NCBI GenBank assembly: GCA_003614145.1
Contig: KZ987737.1
Location: 1-35,358 of the forward strand
DNA: 35,358 nt
Source: Piptocephalis cylindrospora
Lineage: Eukaryota
Direction of reading: 5' to 3'
Positions 11,032 to 24,056 of this stretch are shown here, piece by piece. The stretch's first letter is position 1; each line of letters opens with the position of its first letter. Under the pieces are notes generated by a model, which was given only the letters and a program-made list of their open reading frames with translations, was not told the DNA's origin and ran no database searches. A program made the translations under genes and the position numbers.

Positions 11032-11216
11032 GTCGTGTAGGGGTGGGTTATACGAGGTCAGAAAGTAGGATGGGGATGACTGACTAGGCAGGTAGGTGCG
11101 AATTAACCTGTGCGACAAATAAAGAGTACCTACTTTTTGTTTGTTTTTTTTTCTTCTCTTGAATACGGTCAAGCTCCGCATCCCTCTTTTCCCCATCCTT
11201 CTTGCCCCCCATCAAG

Positions 11217-12972
11217 ATGAGCACGGCATCCAAAAGGCTACCCCGAGTCGTAAGTAGATAATGAGAGGGAACACGACCCAGCCTTGCGCCAACTTCTTCC
11301 TTCCCCTACATCAGTGCCCTTGGACCACCGAGGAAGAATTTGGACAGGTCCACCGTTGGCTCTACGCCCCATCCACAGACCCTACCTCACAGGAACTGGG
11401 GGTTAAGAGAGTAGGTATTTTTCAGCAATTCCCAGCCATCGCCATCCTCAGCTCAAACACAACCATCCTCAATAGGTCAAGGCTTGGTCCTCAAGAGGAA
11501 GGGTTCCCCATGCAGCGGAACACACTGCATCCTTCATTGAAGTGGGCCTACGAGATAGATATGGGGCCCTGACACAACACGAACTACGATTAATGTACTG
11601 CATGTGCTTTATTCGGTAAGTGGGCCTCCCTCCCTCTACTGCGTCCCACCCTATTATCATTCATCGCCCAAGTACAGATGCATCAACGACCTGGTGGACC
11701 AGGAGCAAAAGTCTACACATGCCCTATCGGTCCAAGGACTGGCTGATCGTCTAGGCCTTCCATCCTGGTTTGCTGAATTGAGACACGCCGGGACCCACGA
11801 CGCCCTCCCGTCCCTACCGGTACTTCGAACGGCCATTTCCCAGGCTCTGAGTTGGCTAGAGGACAACTACTGGAATGTGCAGCAGAACTTGACTTCGGAG
11901 TGCGTCGAGGACCTTCGACCCCTGCTTCTCCAGTACAAGGAATGTCAAAAGAAGTCCATTCGGTCTGAAGGGGACGGTGATGAAGATGGGAAGGAGGAGG
12001 TGCTGGACCAATTGGCTTCCCTGATGATCGGGGCCTCTCCCTACCGAGAGGCCTTTGCCAATCTACTGGTCGAACCCGGATACCTTGTTCCGATGGGCAA
12101 GAGGTATTCCCGTTGCTAGGATGGGGAAAATACGTCTCACACACATACACACACTCACGCTATGTCCACCATGTATAGAAAAAGAGCAACTATCGACGAA
12201 ATGGAGCTTCCCAGGGAATTGGAAAGACTATGGGATCCCCTCCTGGCTCATCTGGGTCAAGGAACATGGCCCACGGTATGGGATGATCTTTCCCTGACGA
12301 TCGTGGACCGGTTAGAGTGGTCTGAGGATGGAGTGACTGGGGCAAGAAGTGGAAGTATGTTGGCTACCCTGACAGCCTGGTTGAGACACTGGGTAGGACA
12401 GCACATGGAGAGGACCCAATCGGTCAAGCTGACCCTGTATGAGGATATACTCGAGGCATGTCTGAGGCTCCCCTCTCCCTTTACCCGGTCTGTCCTCCGT
12501 CGGATGTGTCAAGGAGAGGATGAGGGGTCCAGCCTAGTAGAGGAAGTAAAGCCTGTCCTTGAGTATATGGATCGGATGTTTACAGGTCCTTCTTCTTCTC
12601 ATCAAGTAAGTGATCTGGAGGGGGGGAGTATCAATTGAGAGAGGACGTACTTATGGATCCTTCGCATGGGGAATTAACAACCAATGATAGAAAAGGGAGG
12701 TGGATGAGGATGAGATGAAAAGGGAGGTAGATGGAATGGAGGGTTTCCTGGTCAAGCAAGCCTCTCATGCTCAGGGTACGAGGAAGAGGATGAGGGAGGA
12801 GGTAGGGGTGGTGAGTACGGAGGAAGGGTCCAATTTATGGAGAAAATACGGAGAAGATGACAACAAGGAAGGAAAGAGAGCATGGAAGGCGTGTCCACTG
12901 GGCTGCTTGCCTAATGGACAGATCCCGGACTTGAGTCTTCCTTTGGAGATGGATTATCCACCCAGCGGATGA
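11217..12972 (+). CDS. LAS1: Las1 pre-rRNA processing HEPN endoribonuclease, 467 aa; exons 11217-11249, 11315-11410, 11476-11615, 11678-12103, 12179-12605, 12691-12972
   Basis: LPRVCPW, VKAWSSRGRVPHAAEHTA, LGLPSWFAELRHAGTHDALPSL (HEPN R-x4-H motif), WLEDNYW, C-terminal WKACPLGCLP; all introns GT-AG and frame-consistent. Confidence 0.93.
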
Positions 12973-13100
12973 TCATTCCGAGACGGTGATAGGAGGTAGA
13001 GAATGAAGAAATAGAGAAAGACGTGTTTATCCGTTCGAGTACACTACTCCATCCACGACAAGAGGAGGAGGGTGTATCCCTGGACTCTCTCACCTCGTTT

Positions 13101-13914
<814 letters not shown>

Positions 13915-14600
13915 GGCAAAGACTGTGATAAGACGCGTTGTCTAGGACCGGAAGATAGGGGAGGGGGAGGAGGAGGAGATAAGAAGGGTGTCTCGGGTAA
14001 TAGACAAAGATGATTTGTAGTGAGCGAATCTCCTGCCCCCTCCCCTCTAGGCTGGGCAAATGCTAGGGGAAGACAGCATTCTATACTACCAAGACCATGT
14101 GGACCCGCCTTTTTTCCTTCTTGACCATCCCAGATCAATCGTCCTTGTCCTTCCTCCAATGTACTACTCTCGCTTCCCCACTCAACCCCGCCCTTACCAA
14201 TGAGTGGTATGGAGGGAGAGAGGAAAGAGATGGAGGGCACCAGATCAGCCAGGGCAAGTCTTTCCTCTCCAGCCCCCGCTCATGGCCACTCTCACACCCC
14301 GCCCTATTTCCGCTCATTTCCCCTAGTATAGGATGGGCTACTGAGAAGGAGAGGTTCTTAAGCCTCTCCTTCCTCCCTCCTTTCCTTCCTCCAACTCTTC
14401 GCCCTCTTCTCTCCGCTTTCCCCCTCCCCTCTTCCCCTTCCCTTCCTCCCTCGGCAGAGCCGCTCAGCCCGACCAAGAGATTCTCACTTTCCCCGCGTCA
14501 CCCCCTCTCGCCTCCCTCTCCCTTTTCTTCGTCCCCCCCCCTCCCCCCTTCCTTCTCCCTCCTCCCCCCACCATCACCATCACCATCTTCCCCTTCAACG

Positions 14601-15085
14601 ATGTGGCAACTCTCTGATACACAAAAGATTGGTGCGGGCCTGGCAACCTTTGGCGGATTCTTCATCTTTCTCGGAGTGCTCTTGTTCTTTGATGCTGGTT
14701 TAATTGCCATTGGCAATGTAAGTACAAGCCCTATTTGGGCATCCACGCAAAGAGAAAGGGACTCATCCTCACCCCCTGTTAGATCCTGTTCTTGGCTGGG
14801 TTGGCCATGGTGTACGGAATGTCGAGCTCAGCCATGTTTTTCGCGCAAAAAAGAAAGATCCCCGGGACAATTTGCTTCTTTGGCGGGGTCCTCCTGGTGT
14901 TTCTTAAGTGGCCTCTGATCGGGATGCTGGTGGAGGGCTTTGGGTTCATCAGTCTGTTTGGTGACTTTTTCCCCATGATTATCACGTTCCTCCGGCAGCT
15001 CCCAGTAATTGGGACAGTGTTGAACCTTCCAGGGATCTCCCACATCCTTGACCGGATTACAGCTCCTAGTCAATCCCCTGTTTAG
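14601..15085 (+). CDS. GOT1: Got1 vesicle transport membrane protein, 139 aa; exons 14601-14717, 14783-15085
   Basis: [14 protein letters not shown]...[19 protein letters not shown]...[22 protein letters not shown]...LPVIG. Confidence 0.93.
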
Positions 15086-16078
15086 AGGGACGGAGTAGGA
15101 TGAGTGAGGGGATGGGAGGAAGAGGGAATACATACCGTGTTGCTAGTTTTCTGTGGATAGAGAAAGGAAAAGAGGGCAGATCAACTGACGTGTGGTGGCA
15201 GATGAGGCCTAGAGATGGCTTCTAGTGTTGTCGTGTTTACTCTCCGTCGCGTCGCGTTGCACGAGCTACACAAGATCGTACGTGCTCTACCATGAACAAC
15301 ACGAATAACAAGACGACGACGCGGATGGAAATGTGTGTGATGAGAAGAGCTAGGGGCACAGTATGCATTCTCTCATATGTTGTTAAATCATGTGCCATCT
15401 TCCAAACCCTACTCGTAATAATAAATAGCATGGGATCTTGTCATCCTACCTATCTAGTCATCATCCACTTTATGTACTTTCCCTTGCATCATTCTTCATG
15501 ATGGATTGTGATCTCTATCTCCACAAACAACGCCTCATCCTTTTCATCCATCGCCGTTCCCTCACGCCCCCCTTCAGAGTCATCCAGACCATTTCCTTTA
15601 TACCCAGTTAAATTCACTCCCCGTAGGGATGAAGGGCCCCCACGCAGCTCAATCCCTCTCCCACAAGAAGCTCATGTGCCCACTTTTCACACACAAAATG
15701 AGAGGGACAAGAAGGAATTGAAATTCCCCTGGAAGACACTATCCTACGGGCGTCATCAACCAAGTCGGTCGGCCGTCGGCTGGTCAGTTGGTCAGACGGT
15801 GAAGAGCAGCAAGAGAGGGAAAAAGGGCGGGCGCGGGGTGCAACTCCCACAAACAGGGCTGCAGGACTCGGGACCTCCTCCCCTCTCCTTTCCTCTCCTC
15901 CCTCTCTCCTTCACCACCAACCTACTCCTCCCCTTTTTTTCTTTGACCCCACTCAAGATCCCTCTTGCTTGCGCTCTGTGATCCTCCTCCTCCCTGCCTT
16001 TCCTCATTCTCCCGCACCTTGTGCATCTTTCCATCCCGCCTACCAAGCCCAATTCCTACATTGTCCTTTCCTCCGTTC

Positions 16079-16965
16079 ATGTCACACCTCGAAGCAAAGG
16101 TGGTTGTCCTTGGGTCGCAAGGTATGTGTAGGATGGGTATATCCAAAGGAAGATCAGGGGAGAAGCCATACTCAAGCCCCTCCCTCATCCTCATCCAGGT
16201 GTCGGAAAGACCTCGCTAGTAGTACGATACATTCAAAAAGCCTTTTCCAGCCATTCTTCCTCCACCATTGGGGCATCCTTTATGACCAAGAAGATGTAAG
16301 AGGATCATTCCTCCCCCCACTCATCTGTCCCCCTACTCATCTGCCCTCCTTCATGACACAGTACGGTGGATAACACAAAGGTCCGATTGCAGATTTGGGA
16401 TACGGCAGGACAAGAAAGATTCCGATCCATGGCACCCATCTACTACCGAGGGGTAAGTCGTGGGGGAATGTATGCGTCTCCCACCCCATTTCCCCGCTCA
16501 CACCCCTCGTCCCATCTGTAGGCCAATGCAGCCATCATCGTTTACGACATCACCTCGGAGGAATCCTTCCAGGAAATGCACCTTTGGATCGAGGAACTTC
16601 AGAGAAATATGTCCGAAGACTTGGTCCTGGCCGTAGTAGGAAGCAAGCTGGATCTTGCCCCCAACTCCCGAGCCATCTCGTTTTCCCGGGTAGAATCCTA
16701 CATCAAGGATCGGTTTGGCCCAAAGGCCCTGACCGACGGGTCAGTCGCAGTCTGTGCCGAGGTCTCCTCCAAGGATGACTTGGGCGTCGAAGACATCTTC
16801 CACCATGTGACCCAACAACTGGTAGACCGACGTCATCGATCCAACTTGGCCCGTCGTCATCGAGCCAACTCCCATGGGGCCTCAGACTCTATTCGACTGG
16901 AAGCTCCACAGGATCAGGATGGAAGAGGCAAAGGTGGAAAGGGGTTCGGAGCAGGGTGTTGCTGA
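16079..16965 (+). CDS. Rab GTPase of the Rab5/21/22 (endosomal) group, 224 aa; exons 16079-16121, 16199-16295, 16362-16452, 16522-16965
   Basis: GSQGVGKTS (G1), [31 protein letters not shown] (variant G4), EVSSK, C-terminal CC geranylgeranylation signal. Confidence 0.9.
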
Positions 16966-17123
16966 TATGGAGAGAAGGGGATGAGGCGAGGAGGAGGGAG
17001 AGCAGCATATCCTGTCGTGTCGATTTCTACGTGTCTGTGTGTCTTTGTGCTTGTGTGTGTACTTTCCTCCTCCTCCCCCTCCTCCTCCCCTTCCTGGCCA
17101 TTGTACCTACCTATCCCACCCTC

Positions 17124-17230
17124 CTCTCTCTTCTTCTTTTTTTTTCTCTCTCCTTCCCTCTCTCTCTCTCTTTTTCTCTCTCTCTCTCTCTCTCTATTTT
17201 CCATTCATTGTCTCTCTGTCTGTCTGTGTC
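17124..17230. repeat. (CT)n microsatellite and poly-T tract in the Rab 3' region
   Basis: Runs of ctctct... at about 17158-17195 plus T-runs. Confidence 0.75.
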
Positions 17231-18055
17231 CCTCGCTGTGTTTTCCCCTATCCCCTCCTCCTTCTCCTCCTCCTCCCCATCTCTCCCTACTCCTTGATCA
17301 ACATGATTGGCATGTAATTGTAGTCAATGAGCCTTTGCTCATGGTCATGTGTGTATGCTGACTTTCCCAATGATGAGGATGAGGATTAAGCATACACTCT
17401 GTGTGTATATGCACACTTTCCTCTCATCCCCACATGCACTCTCCTTCTCCCTTCTTACCTCCCAAGTAAGCAAGATATGGGATCATGAGCCATCAAAATG
17501 CTGTATCCAGAAAATTCACCAAATAATGCCAAATTCAAGGAGCATTTTTACCTCGCATCCTCCACTTGCCACTTGAGAGTTGAATTTAGCTATGACCGAC
17601 GTCATTTTGTTTAGGGTCGAGATGATGATGCTCTCGCCCTCCCCCTCCCAGCCGATAAGCGTCCAAAAATGGGAGCATATGTAGTGACTGACCAGTCATC
17701 CGCGTCCACGGGGGAGAGAGGGGATAGCAGCGGAGTGGGAATAAGGGAGATGGGGTCAGGTCGCCCTTTAAGCCCACTCATCCTCCACTCAGTAAAGTAA
17801 CGCGCGCGCCCCTCACACTACAGATTCTCGGGGCACATATGTTCCTTTCCCTCTCCCCCCTTTGGTGGCCGGCCAACGAACAGCTGGGTACACACCCGAT
17901 TCTACTACCACAGCAACCTGACTTGCCCCCACCTACTCCGTCCCTGGCCCCTCTCGTCTTCAACACACTAGACAGAGCTGAATCTGAGTCAGTGAGTGTG
18001 TGTGTATGTGTGTCTGTGTACGCCTTGGCTTTTATGTCAATGCAGGCCAGTATGA

Positions 18056-18862
<807 letters not shown>

Positions 18863-19455
18863 GGAAATAGCCTCCTTTTGCGCATCCCTGGCCAAGTCAG
18901 GAGAAGTGTATGAGGGGGAGGAGGAGCGTAAGTGTCCTTTTTCCCTTTCTTCTTCCTCTTCTTCCCCCAGAGTGGAAGGAGGGTCAAGGATGTCAATATA
19001 CACAGTGTGTGTGTTCTTGCGGAGATGAATGTGTTCATTTGATCCTCTTGCTCAGAGAGATGATGTGTACTCTATTGAATCAGAACAGTAGCAACTAGGA
19101 AGGAATACACGAGAAGACCGACGGGAATGCCCCTCCCTTGGATTCCTTGTGGGCTCATCCCATTCAGGACACCAAGACCACCATACACACACACACACCC
19201 AGTCAACGGAATAGAAGATCATTCTTTTACACAGGGATGCACACGGACTTTACCCAAAGAGAGGAGGAGAGCGTGGGAGAAGCAGGAAGTCAGAAGAACA
19301 AACAGAGACCACAAGGGGAAGAAAGAAAGAAAGAAAAAAAGGCCATCGGGATCCTCCATCCCTCCTACCATGGCATAGAGCACATCAAGGAAGGAGGATG
19401 CCTCTTCCATCATGCAGCCCGCCCTCCCTCCCTCCTTTCTCCCTCGCCCGTCCAC

Positions 19456-20765
19456 TCAGGTCTCCAAAGGGGGCAAAGCCTGGACCTCCCCAATCAAGTA
19501 GGCCTTTTCGTCGTTGAATTGCTCATCCTCTACACCCCGTGTCCGCGATGGATGAGAGGGGAAAGGATCAAGGGATACCGCCTGATGCCCCACCCACCAC
19601 CTACCTGTACGATCTGTCTGGAATTTGGTTAGAAAGGTCACCAGTCGGTCCCGATTCCTTTGCAGGATCATGAGGATTTCCGGGGTTTTGTGCGGATTAG
19701 CCACAAATACCTGGGGAAAAGGAGGAGGGAAAGGGTAAGATGGGGCCATGACCTCCTCCGTCCCCTACGCACCGCCATCCAGTACCTTAAAGACATGGAA
19801 GGCTTCGAACTGAATGTGCTTTCCACGATTCCTCAGCAAGGTCATCATCAATTTGAGATGCTCGGGTTCGGCAATGTACCGGGTCATAATCTTGTAGTTA
19901 GCCCTATCCAGGAGGATCTCCGAAAGGAGCTTGAGGGATTGACGTTGGGTTACATAGTTGGTCGAGTTGAGCAGGAGGGTGTACTGGGAGAAGAAGGAGT
20001 CATAATGGTCTCGAAGGTATTCAGCCACCATGGTCTTGTGTCTTGTCAGGAGATCCTGATGAAGGAGGGGGGAGAAGATTAGTATCGAGACATGCTGGCA
20101 TGCTGAACAGAGGATCTACCTTGAACGTAGCAAAGGCGTCCGAGGCCACATCAAAGGTGCTGAGATCGACATAGTCAAAGTACTTGTCAAAGTTGGGGGA
20201 AAAGAGGACAATTTTGGCAAGGACCTCGTGTCGAAGACACTCCCGAAGAATCATACCGCAATTCAGGGCAACATCCGGGTTTTCATACCCGGTCTGCAGG
20301 GTAAAGAGGATCGAGTCATGTCGAGTGATGTACTCGACGGTCGGGAGTCTGGATCCAACTTGACGTCGAAGGAGGTTGTTGATGATTTGAGCCACATCCT
20401 TTTTTGCCTGTTTGGGGGATGGAAGTGGGCTTGACCATGTCATTATGCTGATCCATCCCCTCCCAGCCTCCCCCTAACCCATCACTCACCTCAAATTCCA
20501 GCTTGCCAAGATCCTGGACCAACATCCCCAGTAAATCATGATTGTACACTTCGGCGGCCAGCTGAGCCACCAGTTCGGGGGAAGGATCGGCATCACCCTC
20601 GCCAAACAGGAGCGATTTCATGGCGGCAAGATGTTTAGATGCCTCCTCTGTCGCCTTTTTCCTCTCTCCTGGCGGACAAGTCAGTGCCATGTGGGATAGG
20701 TCGTCTTTGAGCGCTCTGACCAGGTCTTGAGGAGATTTTTGTTTCTTTGAGAAGAGAAAGGACAT
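19456..20765 (-). CDS. HYM1: Mo25/Hym1/CAB39 scaffold, 337 aa; exons 20765-20490, 20407-20120, 20055-19786, 19710-19605, 19529-19456
   Basis: [92 protein letters not shown]. Confidence 0.95.
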
Positions 20766-22186
20766 TGTGACGGTGGAGGGGTGGGATGGGGTGGGGAAGG
20801 GGGGCACAGCAAGAAGGGTGGGGAGAAGAAAGAAAAGACAAGAAAAGAAAAGACAAGACAAGAAGAGGAGGAGAGGGTGAGGAGAGCAAAGGGAGGGGGG
20901 TAGGAGCTGGGTGAGCTGAGGAGCCGGGCGGGGGGTGGGGGGACAAAGGGCCCTTTATAAATCAGTCATCGTCCGTCCCATTACACTCTCTGTACCCATT
21001 ATACACATGTGCACATACACACACACATACACACAGTCGCTCTTCACCCGCTACCCCTTCTCCTTTTTGTCTGTCTGTACCTCTTTCTCTTGGCTAGTTG
21101 GCTTGCTATGCGCGGTAAAATCTTGATTGCTTGCTCTCTTGGAGCGCAAGTGAGGAACGCGCGCTCACACGTCTTTCACATCTTAAAGGGCTTGACCCCT
21201 CTCTTGCCCATGCTGTCCTCTCGCTCTCCTCGGGCTCTAACATTCCATAGTGTGGGGGATAGGCGGCTATGTACATGTGTGTGTGTGTGCGCACACTCAC
21301 TGCCTGCCTCTCCCATCGGCCACTTTCTTTTACCCACCATGAGGGCGACACTATGCGTCTCCCTCACACAATACACACATACACAGCTTTTTTAAAAGTC
21401 ATTCAAGAACTATATTTCTACCTGGGAACAGACTCGTACAAGTGTGCCCCAGACAAAGTGGAAAGAGGATCGTTCAAAGGGTGCGCGCGCAAAAAGAGGG
21501 TCCACTACACTATACATAGTCAAGTGGCATAGATGGGGCAGTCAGGATTCCCCCTCCCTGCTACTTCCCCTCCTGCCCACTCTGAGTTCACGGGTAGGGC
21601 TGTACCACGGTCTCCCCACCAGGTCACACACATCAGATCCAGTGACCTCCTCCCCCCTCCCCCCGATTGTCATCTTCCTAGACACATCTCCCCGTCTTAA
21701 AATAACACTAGCAAGTTATACAAGCATAGTGCCCTCCACAATAATACGATTTAGATGACACGACAGGGACAATGATTTCTACCTATTAAGGCGTCAAAGC
21801 CGAAGACGTGTCTTGTATAATTTCTCCACATTTGCCTCTACCAGGACGGATTTGCGTGGGATTCAGGGTTTTATCATCGGAGAGGCGCGTGACCTCCTCT
21901 TTTCATTTCCTCATCCTGGATCCTTATCTATCCTGGTTTCATGATGATGACATCGAGCATATGCCCATCTCGTCCCTATTCTTACTATATCATATTCTCC
22001 TTGGTCGTGTTGGTCATGATAGGATGAAAGATGGGTTCCAATGCTGCCCTGCTCTTCCCCATATGATTGCCAACACACAGTAATGAACTGCTACCAACAA
22101 GTGAGCATACCACACATGTACATGCAGCAACATCCCACACCAGGTTCTCTGATCAAAGAACGGTCTAACGATTACTCTACATTCCT

Positions 22187-22221
22187 ACACACACACACAC
22201 ACACACAGCACAGCACAGCAC
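22187..22221. repeat. (CA)n followed by (CAGCA)n microsatellite
   Basis: acacacacacacacacacacagcacagcacagca. Confidence 0.75.
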
Positions 22222-22266
22222 AAATCAGATCCAACATGTCCATACTAAGGGTGTTTCGCCCCATTC

Positions 22267-23394
22267 TCAACCCCTACTTGACCCCCCCGCCACCTCATCC
22301 CCATCGTCTCCCTCATCGTCTTCCTCATCCCCCATCATTCCAGCCCGCTCCATGACCAACTCCCAATCCTGCTGCTTCTCCTCCTTGCGTAGCTCGGTGG
22401 CAATATGCATCCGACGAAGCTGGGCTTGTCGAAGTCGAATGATCGCCGCATCTCCAAGGCCTTCGGCAAGGGTCGTGGAGTTGGGATGGGCGGAGGCGGA
22501 GGTGGAGGACGAGTTGAGGTGACCAGCCTTGGAACCATGAGACCCACTTGCCCCTCTCCTCCTACCCCTTTCCCCCACAGCTGCTGCCCCATCCATGCCC
22601 ATCCCCGAGTACCCTGCTCCAAATCGAAATACGGGGAGTGACCCTGTGGTCGATGCCACCGTAGCCACCTCTTCCAGCGATGGCAATCCATGTAATCCCA
22701 GCAGGTCTTCAGTGGATCCTAAAGAAAGTTTAAACACTATCAGGATCAATCAATCCCTCCTCATCCCTGGAAAGCCTACCTTGAGAGATGGTCACATTAT
22801 CTCGTATTTCCAAGACTCTATCCCTCATTTCCCGAATGGACTGGGCCACCGTTGCCACCCCCATATTCTTTTCCGTCTAGAGAGAGGTGGCGTTAGATAG
22901 GTCCTCTCCCTCTCTCCATCCTATCCTCACCCACATCCTTACTTCATAATCCTTCTCTACCCGCTCAACCTCTTGAGAATACGTCTGCTTGGCCCAGCCC
23001 TCCCGGAGATGCAGATAATTCCGTGCCCTTCCCACCTCAATATCCCGTACCTGACCAAGTCGTCTAATCACCCCGAGCAGCTCAGGATCAGTCCCCTCCA
23101 ACAATGCCCTTTCCTTCAGCCTCAATTTGGTCCTAGCCATCTTGTAAAGCTTTTCCCGGTCCTGATGCGTCTTCTTCACCACTCGGGACAATCGATTCAA
23201 CGTGTGTCTCCTCATCTGATCCACCTTGCTTTCCTGGGGTGGGTACAGCGTCTGATTGGACCCTTCCTCGGGTCTGGGGGCATCTATATGCACGGCATTC
23301 AGGTTTGAGATTCGTCATGAAAAGCAGGAGCCTCCTTCCCTCTCATTTATACTCTCCACCTACCCTCATGAGGATCAATGGGTCGAGGCATCAT
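22267..23394 (-). CDS. Sds3-like (Sds3/Dep1/BRMS1 family) coiled-coil protein, about 306 aa; exons 23394-23364, 23283-22943, 22876-22780, 22718-22267
   Basis: Frame-consistent GTAGGT/GTAAGG/GTAGGC donors with TAG acceptors; segment DREKLYKMARTKLRLKERALLEGTDPELLGVIRRLGQVRD resembles the Sds3-family 'LY...L...GTHPE' coiled coil; acidic C-terminus. Confidence 0.6.
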
Positions 23395-24056
23395 TGTTCC
23401 TGTGCAAAAGATGAAACAAAAGAGGATATGGCCACTGCGAGCCGGGTGGGGGGAAGGAGGAGGGGAAGAATCCAGGGGCCTACAATACGTCTTTTCCAAT
23501 TCAACAATCCCGGTGGAATTATACTCTACTAGAACCTAGGCTTGAGACAAATGATCACAGCAACAGGGGGAGGAGAAAGGGAGAGAGAAAGAGAGATGTA
23601 GGGTGAGATGAGAATCCCCCATGGTGTGTGCGCTGCTTCCAAAACACGTCCAGCCTTTTATACCCATCACCCACTCTCACTATGCGGGTCGTTTAATGTG
23701 TTCCTCTGTGTGTGTGTGGAGGGAGGGGAAAGGCGAGAGCGAGTTCAAATCCATCACTCTCAAATCTCGATACCTTCAACTCCACCCCAGTAGACCAGGA
23801 ATCATCTAGTACAGCTCTCCCTAGCCAAGGGATGGTTAAAACCCCCTACTGCACCACACATACATCGACCTCCTCTCGCCCCGCTCAGACCTTAGGGTGT
23901 CATGCCATTTTGTCAACACAGCTTGCAGTAAAAAGGATATTTCCTAGCCCAGCCTATTCCCCTGGTGCTCTGACCAAGCAGCCCTCCTCTCCCCTTCTTC
24001 CATCCATCCTCACTTACCCCCAATCCAGCCCTCCACCCCTGCCTTGGAGCAATACC

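Noticed and set aside
14097..14600. Long Pro/Ser/Leu-rich N-terminal extensions on GOT1 (also calmodulin 18098-18412, USP2 and SDR in the ORF track)
   Set aside because: Translations of stop-poor leader sequence; the conserved proteins begin at the downstream ATGs
15180..15400. CG-rich, partly self-complementary stretch after GOT1 with a GTGATGA C-box-like heptamer
   Set aside because: Pairing is patchy and no CTGA D-box follows at a suitable distance
16914..17361. Several ORFs with ERERER or SLSLSL repeats
   Set aside because: Translations of the (CT)n microsatellite
21000..21300. (CA)n and (TG)n inverted arrangement upstream of MO25 as a structured RNA or MITE
   Set aside because: Simple-sequence complementarity only; no target-site duplication or defined termini
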